A stretch of 60,809 bases of DNA from a virus. Taxonomy: Duplodnaviria; Caudoviricetes. The notes below the pieces were generated by a model, which made no database searches, was not told the origin of the DNA, and saw nothing but the letters and a program-made list of their open reading frames with translations. Shown here piece after piece: positions 22,501-32,126 of the stretch; positions within the stretch are counted from its first letter, which is position 1; each line of letters begins with the position of its first letter. The position numbers were made by a program, and so were the translations under genes. The stretch covers positions 1 through 60,809 of IMG/VR virus record IMGVR_UViG_3300030118_007016. The stretch is one strand, 5' to 3'.

Positions 22501-25500
22501 ACTAAGTCTTTGCATATTTCAGGGTCCTTAAATTTATTCGTTATGTCTTCCTCTATCTGATCTATAATCTCAACTGGTAACTGCTGTCCTGCACATGTGA
22601 AAAAATCCTCCAGCTGTGCTTTTGTCGTTAACTGATCTGATATTTTTGGATACTGCTTAGCAATATTGTCTATAGTCTCCATTACATCAATATTTGCACT
22701 TCCATCCATTAAATCCAAAACTTCGCCCGAACTTACACTTTTGGATACTTCCTCCAAAAACAAGAATATATCATTTGGATCAACACCGACCAATCCACAA
22801 TACTGGAAGAATTCTGCTGTTGGTACGCCTGTTTGGTCGAACAAATTATTCAAATTTTGTCCACCATAATCTTTTACTATTTGCTGACCGGGAGGGCATT
22901 GAATATCAGGACAGGCTAATAACGCTTCAATCAAAGCCGCTATAAGCTCTAATAAAAGTTGAGCAATAACAAATTCTAACAAAGCCTTTAATGCGTCTAT
23001 TAACTCTTGAAGAATATTGGTCGTAGGTAATCTTACGAACAAATCTGGAACTTCTAAACAAAACGAACAATATAAATCTGCTGCATCTACAGTGATTGGA
23101 TCTGTGCTAATATTTCCTTCTGGTCCCTTAAGATCAAATATCTCATTTTTACCTTTACCCTGAAGTGCTGGACCGATAGAAGCGCCAGCTGATCCACCGG
23201 ATGCAGATATCTCAAAGTTTGGTAATGTAACCTCATCAATTCCAGCTAAGTCTAAAAAACACCTACATATTGTATTGTAAAGGCTTGGTACATCCATCAT
23301 TGATGTAAAATACTTGTGCAAATCATCAAGGTCAATTATTTTAAATTTTATGTCCTTTAAAGCCTCTGCGGAAGTTAAAAAATCTCCAACATAGTCATTG
23401 ATCCTGTCCCTTTCTTTTGTAAGATTAAACATTAACTCTAGATCATTATAGGCATTCTGTTCTCCGTTCAGGTCAATGATAGTTTTAAAAAGCGCTGGTC
23501 CCTTTCCGGGGGGAGGCTTTGGGCAAGGAGGTAAGAATTTCCTTAAACTAAACTCAAATGCTCCTAAGTCAAATCTAGGATTTAGATCTAGCATGTGATC
23601 CAACTGTTGAGCTAAACCATCAATAATGTCTGAAAAAGGCGGCATTACAAAGTTTGGCGGGGCGCAGCGATTTGTTGGATAGTCAAACCCATCTCCAAAT
23701 CCTCTAGGCTCAATAACTGGCTTTGGGGCTGGTAATATTTGTTCAACCAACTGCTGGTATGTTAAAGTAGGATCTTTTAACTTTCTATGATAATAGAAAA
23801 GAGCCATTGTATTTTTATCAGCAAATGGGCTTTGATTTTTAAAGTAATTAAGTCCAATATTTAATAGAACTTCTTTTGATCCCTCTTCTTTATACGAAAT
23901 AAATTTTAATTTATAATCCACATCAAAGCCGATACTAATAACATGTGATCCTACTTTTGAGGGATCAAACCCATTAAGCAATATGAGTTTCTTAATAAAC
24001 GTTTCTACCGTCTCTAATCTTTCTGCTTCTTTTAATATATTAAAATGCTTTATTCTAACATTTGCAGCAAAAATATCAATATACATTTTATTCAAACCAA
24101 ATATAGCTTGTTCAATATGCTTGCTATAAAATGGTGCGTCTAGTGATATTATTTTAGTGGATTCGCCTTTTAGTTTGTTTAAAATATCTTCTGAATCTGG
24201 GAAACCATGCAAATATATACCGCCAAGGGCTATTTGCATTTTTAATTTTGATCCGGGTCTAGCATCAATATGGTAATCCACATACCTAGTAGCCAGATCA
24301 ACTTGACTCAAAGTTTTAACGTCGGCTACTGTATATTGTTTATCATAAAAATCTAATAACTCTGATATTCCTTGCTTAATAGCCTCTTTCTTTTTTGCTT
24401 CAAGATCTGCTTCATCGATCAGACATTCATGATCTAAGGTAACTGTATGATAATACACACCCTCTTCTCTATGATAGTATGGCTCTTCTTGTTTCCACCA
24501 AGTCGGGATCAAAGCTCTTGCCATATCTGACATCGGTAATATTTCTGTTTCTGCTAGCTCATATCCCTTACTTTCAAACGCTTTGTTAAAAAAGTTTGGC
24601 ACCTCAAATGTAAGAGATAAAGGAACACCTTGAGCATTTTTAATTTGTTCTTGTGGGAATTGCAAGTCTACTAGATTTTCAGGTTCGATAAATCCTATAG
24701 CCCCATCTCTTGCAGATCTTGGATCGACAATTTGTATTTTATTATAATCGCCTTTACCGTTAACCCATTGTTTTAATACTTTTACAGTAGTATAGTTGTC
24801 TACATATCCAATATTTTTTGCTCTTATACCGGGCGCTGATTTAATGGGGACAGTTGGGTGACCATCTGTTGAAAAAACCAAGCTTGTGATAGCTTTTTTA
24901 TCTCCGGTGCTTTGAACCACACTTTCGATAGTCTCATAAGTGTCAACTGGAAGGATCTGTCCTGCGGTTGATTCTCCTGTTATTAAGAATGGAAATTGAG
25001 AAAAATCTACTTCTGGTCCAGTTTGCTTAGATAAAGCAACTTCATATGCTTCTGTTAAAGACTCACTATAAACTGCTCCATACGTAGCCAATAGTAACTG
25101 GTCAACATCAAATCCAAAAGCTTCATAGATATCAGAAGTGCCTCCGACAGTGAATATTTTATTTCTCACCATATCTGTTATGAGTTTGGTCTCATCGATT
25201 TTCATCTCAACCACATATCTAAGCTCTATAAGTGGTATACCACCAGCATTATAATATCCTGTGCCTTCGTTATATTCTTGATTAAAACCCTGCATCGAAA
25301 GACCAACCCAAGGTCGACCTGCGCTAATCCAGCCACTGGCATCTTTATAACTTGAAAACTTTCCGATGGTATTTGGAGACTCTGATAGCCGGAAAAAGCG
25401 AGCATTTTGTGTTCCTCCAAGAAATGGGTTTTCTGGATAACCCAAATTGTTCTCGATTCCATTATCGGTTGTGCCATAAACCCTGTCTTCAATAATATTT

Positions 25501-27845
25501 GTTACAATATTATTCTTTGCGTGATATCCATCGTACCCCGCAAGCCTTTGGAGTCCTCCATAAGATAAGCCATTAAAGATATATTCATCAGATATAGATG
25601 GGTATATTTGTATACTGTTAACCCAATCTGGAGTGCCTGAGTTTACTTGTGTTTGAACATTTGGGTTTTTTACAATCGCCTTTGCTTGTGCAACCGTTAT
25701 CTCGCCATCATTTTCTGATGGATTAATAGTTGGTTTGTAGCCCATTTTTGAAAGGCGATCTTTATCGTAATCCCACACTGGAAAAAGTAGGTCACTTTTT
25801 GCTATTACGGGTGTGCTAGAAGAGTTTGCAACCTCACCCGCTTCATAGTCCCCTGATGTGCCAAGCAAGCTTACTCTTGTTGTAAATCTTTCAATAGCTG
25901 GAGTATGATTACCAATAATCTGATTTTCATCGCCAATCAGTGTGTTTTCAATAACAGAATAACAGCCAGTATTTTTCCCATGTGAGTTTTTTGCATCGTA
26001 TGAGCCATATGGTATTTTTTTGTACAAAGCAATCAAAAAGGCATCTGATATGAACTTTACAACTTCATAGTTTGAATATCCATATTTCATAGCTTGATCT
26101 AAAAAAGCCTCAAAACTATTTTCAAAAGAAATAACATGGTTATTTTGCCCAATAGAATCACTATTAGTTTTATATCGAGGAGACTCAGATGCGCCATTAA
26201 TCATCAGATCAATGAGTGAATTAATACCACCGGTAACAGAGGCATCGTATTGTCCAGCTCCGCTGGCTGCTTGGGTAGAGAACCCACTTAGTCCTCCATC
26301 TAAAAAACCAAAATCTTTAGTCAAACCAAGGCGAATGACAGAAAACATGAATCCCAAAGTTCTCATATCTTTTGGCAGAACTGTGATATCATTGCCAACT
26401 TTTCCAACAACACCGCCGAGGATCGATGGGTTTCCAGAAGGAGAGTAAGGAGACTTTCCTCCATAACCTCCAAGAACGTTTGTATATCCCAGATATTCAA
26501 AGTCCTCTGGCTGAGCACCTTGATTATTGATTTCACGATTATTAATCCCGGCAATATTAAATTGTTTTGGGGGAGAATCTGCATCAACCTGAAGTGGTTG
26601 CTTGTGGCTAGGACCGATACTAGTTTGGCTAGTACCCTTAATCTGTTGCCAAGACTTTTCAGGGCTAACATCAAGAATATAGTCTAAAACTTTTGGCACT
26701 ATACTATCAAGAACAATTGTAGGGTGCGGAGGAATATACGAATTTCCGTTTTGAATACTAGTTAGCTGCTCAGGTGATGGAGGTAATAATAGATTATATG
26801 CCGTAACCAGATTATCGTTTTTGAACTCTGATGGTATGCTTTTACCTTCAACATATGAATAATACCACTTGGATTTACCATATGGTCCCATTAATCGGTT
26901 AAGCCCACCATTATTAAATCCCGATGGAAAGTTCGCATTATTATATCCTTCTACATACCCATACATTGGTGATGCGACACCATCGCCAACTATAGAGTCT
27001 AAAGATCCGGGATTAAATAATCTAGCATGTGTTTTGGGTACCGGCTGGTATTCGGAACTAAAAGCTGCATTTCTCCCCACTATCTCAGCGGCTACAATCG
27101 ATTGTGCATCTGTTAAACCCCCGGCTACTTGCACAAAATTTAAAGGGTATTTTAGCTCGCCTCCGTTATCTCCATCTTTAAAATTTGGAAATAAAGCTAT
27201 TGGGTCTGCCTTTGAAGGGTATTCCCCGGTTGGATAAAGTCCATTCTCAGTTGAAGTGGTTGGGATTCCCTGTATTCTGAAGTCATAACGAGGTGACAGA
27301 TTTTTTCCGAGATCACTGGTATATGTATTCATATCAGTGTATGTTCCAATAGCATATTCATTTTTGGACGTATAAGAGTCTCCAAAGTCCTCTGTTCTTC
27401 CAAATGTTAATGGATAGTAGGTTGGCACAGCACCGTTACCACCTTGCGGCGGATATACCACTGATCTATTAGCTACTGGATATCCGAAATAATGATACGC
27501 CAAGGCTTGTTGAATAGCCTTGGGGATGATTGACATCGCAACAAACTCAGCTGTTTGATTTACATTCCAATTTCTATATAAGTTTTCAAAAGTGATTGTC
27601 TTTCTCGGGTCCTCTCCTACTCCAAAACCAGTCAATACCTGAAGCTTGGCAAAAGGAGAGTGCATCACATTCATGAGGGGCATGCGAATCGCTACAGTTG
27701 ACTTTAAAAGAAGATCTTTGTTAGCACCCTGAGAGCTTTCGTAATACGAAAATGGACCGATATTTTCAGCTCCATTTACAGGCGCTGTATCCAAACTGGT
27801 GCCGCTGTTGATAGCACCTGCGGCGTTTTCATTGTATATTTTCAT
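19554..27845 (-). CDS. Giant hypothetical protein in the baseplate operon, with a possible SH3b-like domain
   Basis: 2763 aa, between the gp25 and spike genes. VPIKSAPGIRAKNIGYVDNYTTVKVL (~24730-24860) resembles SH3b. The central part is Cys-dotted and helical. Confidence 0.6.
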   Translation of the reverse strand: MKIYNENAAGAINSGTSLDTAPVNGAENIGPFSYYESSQGANKDLLLKSTVAIRMPLMNVMHSPFAKLQVLTGFGVGEDPRKTITFENLYRNWNVNQTAEFVAMSIIPKAIQQALAYHYFGYPVANRSVVYPPQGGNGAVPTYYPLTFGRTEDFGDSYTSKNEYAIGTYTDMNTYTSDLGKNLSPRYDFRIQGIPTTSTENGLYPTGEYPSKADPIALFPNFKDGDNGGELKYPLNFVQVAGGLTDAQSIVAAEIVGRNAAFSSEYQPVPKTHARLFNPGSLDSIVGDGVASPMYGYVEGYNNANFPSGFNNGGLNRLMGPYGKSKWYYSYVEGKSIPSEFKNDNLVTAYNLLLPPSPEQLTSIQNGNSYIPPHPTIVLDSIVPKVLDYILDVSPEKSWQQIKGTSQTSIGPSHKQPLQVDADSPPKQFNIAGINNREINNQGAQPEDFEYLGYTNVLGGYGGKSPYSPSGNPSILGGVVGKVGNDITVLPKDMRTLGFMFSVIRLGLTKDFGFLDGGLSGFSTQAASGAGQYDASVTGGINSLIDLMINGASESPRYKTNSDSIGQNNHVISFENSFEAFLDQAMKYGYSNYEVVKFISDAFLIALYKKIPYGSYDAKNSHGKNTGCYSVIENTLIGDENQIIGNHTPAIERFTTRVSLLGTSGDYEAGEVANSSSTPVIAKSDLLFPVWDYDKDRLSKMGYKPTINPSENDGEITVAQAKAIVKNPNVQTQVNSGTPDWVNSIQIYPSISDEYIFNGLSYGGLQRLAGYDGYHAKNNIVTNIIEDRVYGTTDNGIENNLGYPENPFLGGTQNARFFRLSESPNTIGKFSSYKDASGWISAGRPWVGLSMQGFNQEYNEGTGYYNAGGIPLIELRYVVEMKIDETKLITDMVRNKIFTVGGTSDIYEAFGFDVDQLLLATYGAVYSESLTEAYEVALSKQTGPEVDFSQFPFLITGESTAGQILPVDTYETIESVVQSTGDKKAITSLVFSTDGHPTVPIKSAPGIRAKNIGYVDNYTTVKVLKQWVNGKGDYNKIQIVDPRSARDGAIGFIEPENLVDLQFPQEQIKNAQGVPLSLTFEVPNFFNKAFESKGYELAETEILPMSDMARALIPTWWKQEEPYYHREEGVYYHTVTLDHECLIDEADLEAKKKEAIKQGISELLDFYDKQYTVADVKTLSQVDLATRYVDYHIDARPGSKLKMQIALGGIYLHGFPDSEDILNKLKGESTKIISLDAPFYSKHIEQAIFGLNKMYIDIFAANVRIKHFNILKEAERLETVETFIKKLILLNGFDPSKVGSHVISIGFDVDYKLKFISYKEEGSKEVLLNIGLNYFKNQSPFADKNTMALFYYHRKLKDPTLTYQQLVEQILPAPKPVIEPRGFGDGFDYPTNRCAPPNFVMPPFSDIIDGLAQQLDHMLDLNPRFDLGAFEFSLRKFLPPCPKPPPGKGPALFKTIIDLNGEQNAYNDLELMFNLTKERDRINDYVGDFLTSAEALKDIKFKIIDLDDLHKYFTSMMDVPSLYNTICRCFLDLAGIDEVTLPNFEISASGGSAGASIGPALQGKGKNEIFDLKGPEGNISTDPITVDAADLYCSFCLEVPDLFVRLPTTNILQELIDALKALLEFVIAQLLLELIAALIEALLACPDIQCPPGQQIVKDYGGQNLNNLFDQTGVPTAEFFQYCGLVGVDPNDIFLFLEEVSKSVSSGEVLDLMDGSANIDVMETIDNIAKQYPKISDQLTTKAQLEDFFTCAGQQLPVEIIDQIEEDITNKFKDPEICKDLVDDAKKQLLDKCGALDGINKFAQRAAGADVDKYKQLADLIRKQNDLSTQMPPLFGDGKGNLGAMSSLNTPTMDYAVEQAVTSMLLPIEVKLTQDSKAFTRGSGKKGLVVEDPDLKQVLSFPAFVAAAIAPFLPDLSNRLANDVGDLTLGSIESYISLISTENAVKAKVNDENLVTLFLKPPIENKNGNLTYTDNYNILVKNDRFGSFTISPQSTGGITEEKRKKLEKYPLFNSVNICEQGQYFGNVVCDSLGIMNQTFMPNPALLLGETESSTPDAEIQKTMTIGDGAQGIREVMSKKLFLSIFNRMFRLFAREISEGELLKTFDANPFVNLDLDAANEKTENSFGIGLVDLIGDLRIDRREVENVDLTPVDIPNEGGTSSPTGIVDFRMVKEIIKKNYDFSEFYDPNSEELGMPQYAMLEGLVVAMVQTFTGEFFAKSMFVLSKIPSSFFLDDYSLVDVIVQEIKVFLNDPTRCSPNQAKIYKDVVYELIARKSEFTPDNPSSTSKTPVGKIYDPTISKEVPIENWSDATKYYIRQYYKGPINFIKHRLNNTKLKDNGVGQNGSKKIGQINPLLTLVYPNLLQIYNVRASSQNGVSPQSICAPSRITEFTNGRFFYQYYYKIEQWSPGDEFYNEELLDALYPGTDQLMSDENFSDFLKNLHDLIEQKKGGSSPFPSPVALAPSKIPLNNMFKDIKIGVRLCYGYAQTKDELLTTEGETFYQNQNLTGVYLNDMFSALLSSTEQTKSFELFQGVDEEEIETLRDIIQDKSFREKSLRCTEKPILLEGQTEILPEGVSVEEKLARVSIILPIFSNEQSIKNWDDGFTQAQKLKIVSFSKNLDEIVGLEPGEGVLDKFDDIVNEPRVKKVLFDLLSGIIGGEDFQTLFKYSFSIPKILYTLSIYSILAVSSSTTKDTNGEILDKGPAAGTRVNAAFDQTKKSLFSAMADVGRIKGREAYKHQSDDIKKRGGPSGIAKNSVKGAP

Positions 27846-27863
27846 TACTATTGTGCACCCTAC

Positions 27864-28793
27864 TTAGTTTGTATAATTATGATCGCTTAAAATCGATCTG
27901 GAACCCCATTTTTTTAAATATGATATATCTGCCATAATTCCATTAATCGTTGATATTATTTGCGAAGGAGCATCAATCGAAACTGTTTTAACATTTTTTA
28001 TTCCACCAGCAATCAACACTTCAGGGGATGGAAATGCAATCCCCGTAGTTGTTGGATGTGTATGTGCCTGTAGTATAGCATCAAAAGTCACTTGACTTAA
28101 AGTCATTGAATGAACTATTTGCGCTAATCCCTGTATATCTTTTATAATCAATGACAAAACCTCTAACAAATTATCGCCCTTTACCAACGGTTGCATATCT
28201 TCATCTTTATCTCCAGCTATAAGCTGAATGCCCATAGTAGCGTTTATTTTTCCACCACGAGAGTTCTTATCATCTGTTTTTGTAACTAACTTTATTGTTT
28301 CTCTACCAACAATTCTAACATTATCAGCTTTGATTCCAATGCCAGATCGGTTAGGGGGGTTTCCGTGAACACCCGGAACAATACCAAAGTTTCTATCTAT
28401 ATCTGTCTTTTGGCTAATATATATTCTTGCAGCATCTGATACAAAATCATTATTAATATATAAAGGATTTCCCTTATCATCTGTTCTTTTTGCCTCTGAT
28501 CCACCACGACCAACGCATATATCTATGGAAGATGCATGACTCGATCCGCCACCACCATGTCCAGAAAAAACTCCTGTAGGTCTATCTCTACCCAAGACAA
28601 TCCAACTGTTGTTCTCTCCCTTTATAACAGTTTCACACTCTGCTTGAATAAACTCTGGTATTGCTTCAACTTTTTTTGTTCCACCAAAACCCTCATATTT
28701 TGAGCGCTCTTCTGGCGTCATTTTATCTAGTTGTTCTCTAACTCTACTTGGTATATGCTCAATATCACTTCTTTTCTTGCTTTGGGTTGACAT
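27864..28793 (-). CDS. Putative baseplate central spike protein
   Basis: Beta-rich body with a C-terminal AHTHP (HxH motif, as in P2 gpV / phi92 gp138 spike tips). Adjacent to the gp5-like OB-fold gene. Confidence 0.6.
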   Translation of the reverse strand: MSTQSKKRSDIEHIPSRVREQLDKMTPEERSKYEGFGGTKKVEAIPEFIQAECETVIKGENNSWIVLGRDRPTGVFSGHGGGGSSHASSIDICVGRGGSEAKRTDDKGNPLYINNDFVSDAARIYISQKTDIDRNFGIVPGVHGNPPNRSGIGIKADNVRIVGRETIKLVTKTDDKNSRGGKINATMGIQLIAGDKDEDMQPLVKGDNLLEVLSLIIKDIQGLAQIVHSMTLSQVTFDAILQAHTHPTTTGIAFPSPEVLIAGGIKNVKTVSIDAPSQIISTINGIMADISYLKKWGSRSILSDHNYTN

Positions 28794-28811
28794 GATAACT
28801 CCTTTTTACGG

Positions 28812-30368
28812 TTAGAAAAGCGGTCCCAATAGAGGAATTTCTTCAGTATATGTTTGTTCAGCAACTGTTACAGTTCCATCTTGCACAGATGATATTTCTG
28901 CTGGTGTTGTCGCTTGGGGTTGGACCTCTGGATTTGCAGATGCGACCGCTGGACCAGTTGATCCGGGGTTGGGTGCTTGTTTAAATTTGCCTCTTTCACT
29001 AGGACCATATTTGTTGGTTAAGCCAATCTCTGACCAGTTGAAACCTTTTACTGGATCAGCGTGATTACCTTGGTAAATCGCTCCATGAGCAACTATATGT
29101 TCTTCATCATAAGGTATATTTCGCCTTCTTGTTATGTCTTGCAGTAAATGCTTAAGTGCTTTCATTTGTTGCTTAGAGTATGGTCTTCTGTAGTTTCTAG
29201 AATCACAATCATATGGTGTTCCACCTTTATCCTTAAACTTATGTTTAGAGCCCTTCTCACGACATCTTTGCAAATCAATACCTATCGACCTACCATTTAC
29301 TTTTGGAACAGGACCGCCGCCAGCATGCCATGCGACTTTTGCTTCTTCCTCCAACTGATACACTGTTCCATCAAGTTCTACAAAATAATGAGATGAGGCT
29401 CTTTTTTTCATCCACATATTAACAACATTTTTTGTTGTTCGACCTGCCATCATTCCACCATCATGAAGTATTATCATCTCTATTTTTAGTTTTCTCTTGC
29501 CCGTGTTTCCAACCGAGGACAATGCTCCCAAAAACTCATCATCTGCCCTTGGGTAGTCTACTCGTCCAGTGGGTTGATAATCTTTAGGTAACCCAAGGTA
29601 GTTCTGGTTAACTCCAGCGTTTGTCGCTACTGGTCCACACACAGTTATAGTTTGCTTTTTTGCTGGGGTTTTTGGTTTGGCAGTGTATGCTACTTGAAAC
29701 GCACTAGAAAGAAAACCGGAAGGTGGCTGTTTACTATCTTTAATTGGTTGTGGGGCTGGTGGGGTTACAGCGGGAACTTGCTTGCAGACCTGTTTAAAAG
29801 ATTTTCGACCTGATGTAGTGGAGTTAGAGTTAACTGTAACATCACTAGAAACTCTTCCCATATATATTGGTCCCTCTAAAGTGTTTGTATTTTGGAAATC
29901 AACCCACACAAGATCTCCGGGCTGCGGAACATCAGCCGAGATTTGAATATCTTTAGCCAAGAAAACAGGATACATATTTATTATTGCATGCTCCGGGGAT
30001 TCTTCTGTTACACTTGGTAGTTCATTGGGAACAGGTAACGATGCATGTATTTCTGGTATCCTGACACGTATTTGCGATAGCCTTGGGGCTTCCCCCTGAT
30101 CTTGACCCCTAAAAGTTGAGTTAACCACATTAGCCCAAACAGATGGATCTACTGCGCCATCACTTAAATATCCATCAAATCTTAAGCATATTCCTACAAA
30201 TGGACCTGCGCCTAATGTAGCGTTTGCCGCAAAGGACCTATTCGCAGTCTCAATCAGGGCGTCCATTGTTTTTACATTGGATGTAGAAAAGTTATTTCCT
30301 ACTAATGTGTCTCTTACAGGATTCAGAACACCATATGCAGTATTTAAAATATCTTTAACATCAGCCAT
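28812..30368 (-). CDS. Baseplate hub protein: gp5-like OB fold plus N-acetylmuramoyl-L-alanine amidase (Amidase_2)
   Basis: IRVRIPEIH...VPQPGDLVWVDF...PIYMG (gp5/VgrG OB fold). IILHD, SSHYFV, AWHAG, NGRSIGID, IVAHG..HADP (Amidase_2). Confidence 0.8.
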   Translation of the reverse strand: MADVKDILNTAYGVLNPVRDTLVGNNFSTSNVKTMDALIETANRSFAANATLGAGPFVGICLRFDGYLSDGAVDPSVWANVVNSTFRGQDQGEAPRLSQIRVRIPEIHASLPVPNELPSVTEESPEHAIINMYPVFLAKDIQISADVPQPGDLVWVDFQNTNTLEGPIYMGRVSSDVTVNSNSTTSGRKSFKQVCKQVPAVTPPAPQPIKDSKQPPSGFLSSAFQVAYTAKPKTPAKKQTITVCGPVATNAGVNQNYLGLPKDYQPTGRVDYPRADDEFLGALSSVGNTGKRKLKIEMIILHDGGMMAGRTTKNVVNMWMKKRASSHYFVELDGTVYQLEEEAKVAWHAGGGPVPKVNGRSIGIDLQRCREKGSKHKFKDKGGTPYDCDSRNYRRPYSKQQMKALKHLLQDITRRRNIPYDEEHIVAHGAIYQGNHADPVKGFNWSEIGLTNKYGPSERGKFKQAPNPGSTGPAVASANPEVQPQATTPAEISSVQDGTVTVAEQTYTEEIPLLGPLF

Positions 30369-30651
30369 TACCTGTTTCCTTTATTAGGTCAAACAGTTCG
30401 CTTTTGTCTTCATCACTTAATCCTTGCTCAGTAACATCTTTTTTCTGTATTAACGCACTAACCTTGACAAGTTGCTCATTTGACCTTTGTAAAGTTTCAA
30501 CATATTTTGCAGCGATAGTTCCAACAGACTCTTTCCTATCCTCATCCTTTTTCATATATTCCATGAGTTCCATCAACAGAGTTGTTGTAATTGCACGATC
30601 ACTTCTAATGTTTTTAATTGTTTCTTCAATATATGATTCTAAATTTTTCAT
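30361..30651 (-). CDS. Hypothetical helical protein
   Basis: ORF with probable start MKNLES at 30651, 8 nt downstream of an ACTACTTA motif. Confidence 0.7.
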   Translation of the reverse strand: MKNLESYIEETIKNIRSDRAITTTLLMELMEYMKKDEDRKESVGTIAAKYVETLQRSNEQLVKVSALIQKKDVTEQGLSDEDKSELFDLIKETGNG

Positions 30652-30659
30652 AACAACCA

Positions 30660-30667
30660 TAAGTAGT
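30660..30667 (-). promoter_or_regulatory. Putative late promoter ACTACTTA heading the baseplate operon
   Basis: Motif lies between the sigma gene and the first gene of the structural block. Confidence 0.55.
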
Positions 30668-30684
30668 TGAGCGTTAAAAAAGTA

Positions 30685-31371
30685 TTACAAATCGCCTTTG
30701 TCCCACTTCTTTTTAAATACCCTATACTTCACTCTCATTTTATTTAGATTGTTTACAACTTGCTTGGTGTTTAAACCAGTTATCTCTCTAATATAAAAAT
30801 ATATTGCCTTTTTATTAAAGATATCTATGCGATCTGGGTTTGAGAAAATAAGCCTTACTGCCTCATAAACCTTTTCCTCATTCGGTTTCATATTAGTTGT
30901 TTCCCAAGAATTAACCTCTTCCCAAAAACCCATCCAAAATTCTTTTTCTATTCTCTTTGATTCATACTCATTAACAACAGTAAACTGCCTGATTTCCACA
31001 TTTTTAGGGATTTGATCAAGCTGTACTTCTCTTTTATTTTCTTGAGTGGTCTTTTTTACTTTGTGTATAAACCAGTTCTTTGTAATAACACTAAAGTATG
31101 AAAATGCTTTTGATCCCTTATTGGGATCGTATTTATCTAAAATAGTAGTGAGCCATATTTTACATTCGTCTTTCAATACTTCTATATTTGGAAGATTTGT
31201 GAACTTATATGTATAAATGATTTTATCAACCATTTCACTGAAGGCAGGTTCTATCCAGTCAATATATAACTCAGTTCTTATTTTTATGTCATTGGTTTGA
31301 GCATATTTAACTATGGCTTCTTCATGATCCTTCGTAAAATACAGATTTTTCTTTTTTGCTTTTTTTGGCAT
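30685..31371 (-). CDS. Phage RNA polymerase sigma factor (T4 gp55-like, region 2)
   Basis: LDKYDPNKGSKAFSYFSVITKNWF resembles sigma regions 2.2-2.4 (FDP..G.kfstYa; gp55 FAYFTQI). 228 aa. Confidence 0.7.
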   Translation of the reverse strand: MPKKAKKKNLYFTKDHEEAIVKYAQTNDIKIRTELYIDWIEPAFSEMVDKIIYTYKFTNLPNIEVLKDECKIWLTTILDKYDPNKGSKAFSYFSVITKNWFIHKVKKTTQENKREVQLDQIPKNVEIRQFTVVNEYESKRIEKEFWMGFWEEVNSWETTNMKPNEEKVYEAVRLIFSNPDRIDIFNKKAIYFYIREITGLNTKQVVNNLNKMRVKYRVFKKKWDKGDL

Positions 31372-31670
31372 TATTCTGACTCTTCGTTTTGTAAATTTTC
31401 ATTTGTCAAAGTATAAATGTCTTCAAATTCTCTTATGTCTTCAACTACTTGCTTTGAGTGTCGAATCAAGCCGCCCAGAGTTTCATCTCCGTAATATGTC
31501 TCCAAGTCATGTAAACTACTTAAATGATTAGAAAATTGTTCTGCCGACACTAACAGAGACCCGATGCTGTCAGAGACAAAGAGTAGCTTTTGCAACATTT
31601 TTCTAATATACCAAATCAATAGAGCGTTTATGCCCACAGAAAGAAATAAACAAAAAATAAGTAAACTCAA
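31371..31670 (-). CDS. Hypothetical membrane-anchored protein
   Basis: N-terminal hydrophobic helix followed by a coiled region. Confidence 0.65.
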   Translation of the reverse strand: MSLLIFCLFLSVGINALLIWYIRKMLQKLLFVSDSIGSLLVSAEQFSNHLSSLHDLETYYGDETLGGLIRHSKQVVEDIREFEDIYTLTNENLQNEESE

Positions 31671-31909
31671 TCTTGGTAATCCTTTGACATTTTTTCTTTG
31701 TCTTCACGAATTTGACGCTTTGCGTCTTCAATGTGCTCTCTAACGACCTTACCAGCGGTTTTATTCTTCAAATAAATTGGAACTTCTGGTATTTTATTAA
31801 GTGTGTTTTTTACTCCACAGATGGGGCAATCAGTTCTCTCCTCACTCATTGAGTGAAAAACTTCCATCACCTCTGAACACTCACAGCATTCATATACATA
31901 GCTGGGCAT
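31667..31909 (-). CDS. FmdB-family zinc-ribbon protein
   Basis: MPSYVYECCEC...CPICG pattern (MPxYxYxCxxC...CPxCG). Confidence 0.8.
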   Translation of the reverse strand: MPSYVYECCECSEVMEVFHSMSEERTDCPICGVKNTLNKIPEVPIYLKNKTAGKVVREHIEDAKRQIREDKEKMSKDYQD

Positions 31910-32112
31910 CACTCACCATTTTCTGACGTAACACTGTTATCAAATTTAACAATGGGTGGGTTCTTAACATAAAGTTCAGGCTCTTCTTCCTCTCCATCTG
32001 AGGCTGGCACAAACTCCATTTTTTGCAAAGTTTCTGTAATGTCACTCTGCTCTAATAGGCTTTTTTGCAAAGCCATCATTAATGATCCCATAGCTTGTTT
32101 AGAAAGTTTCAT
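31909..32112 (-). CDS. Hypothetical protein
   Basis: Probable start MKLSKQ behind an AGGAGA SD. Confidence 0.65.
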   Translation of the reverse strand: MKLSKQAMGSLMMALQKSLLEQSDITETLQKMEFVPASDGEEEEPELYVKNPPIVKFDNSVTSENGE

Positions 32113-32126
32113 AATATTATTTTCTC

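Noticed and set aside
17283-30368. Extracellular contractile injection system or T6SS instead of a phage
   Set aside because: The surrounding gp55-like sigma factor, tRNAs, PhoH, Dam and gene density fit a large lytic phage; no Afp15-type ATPase or T6SS membrane genes.
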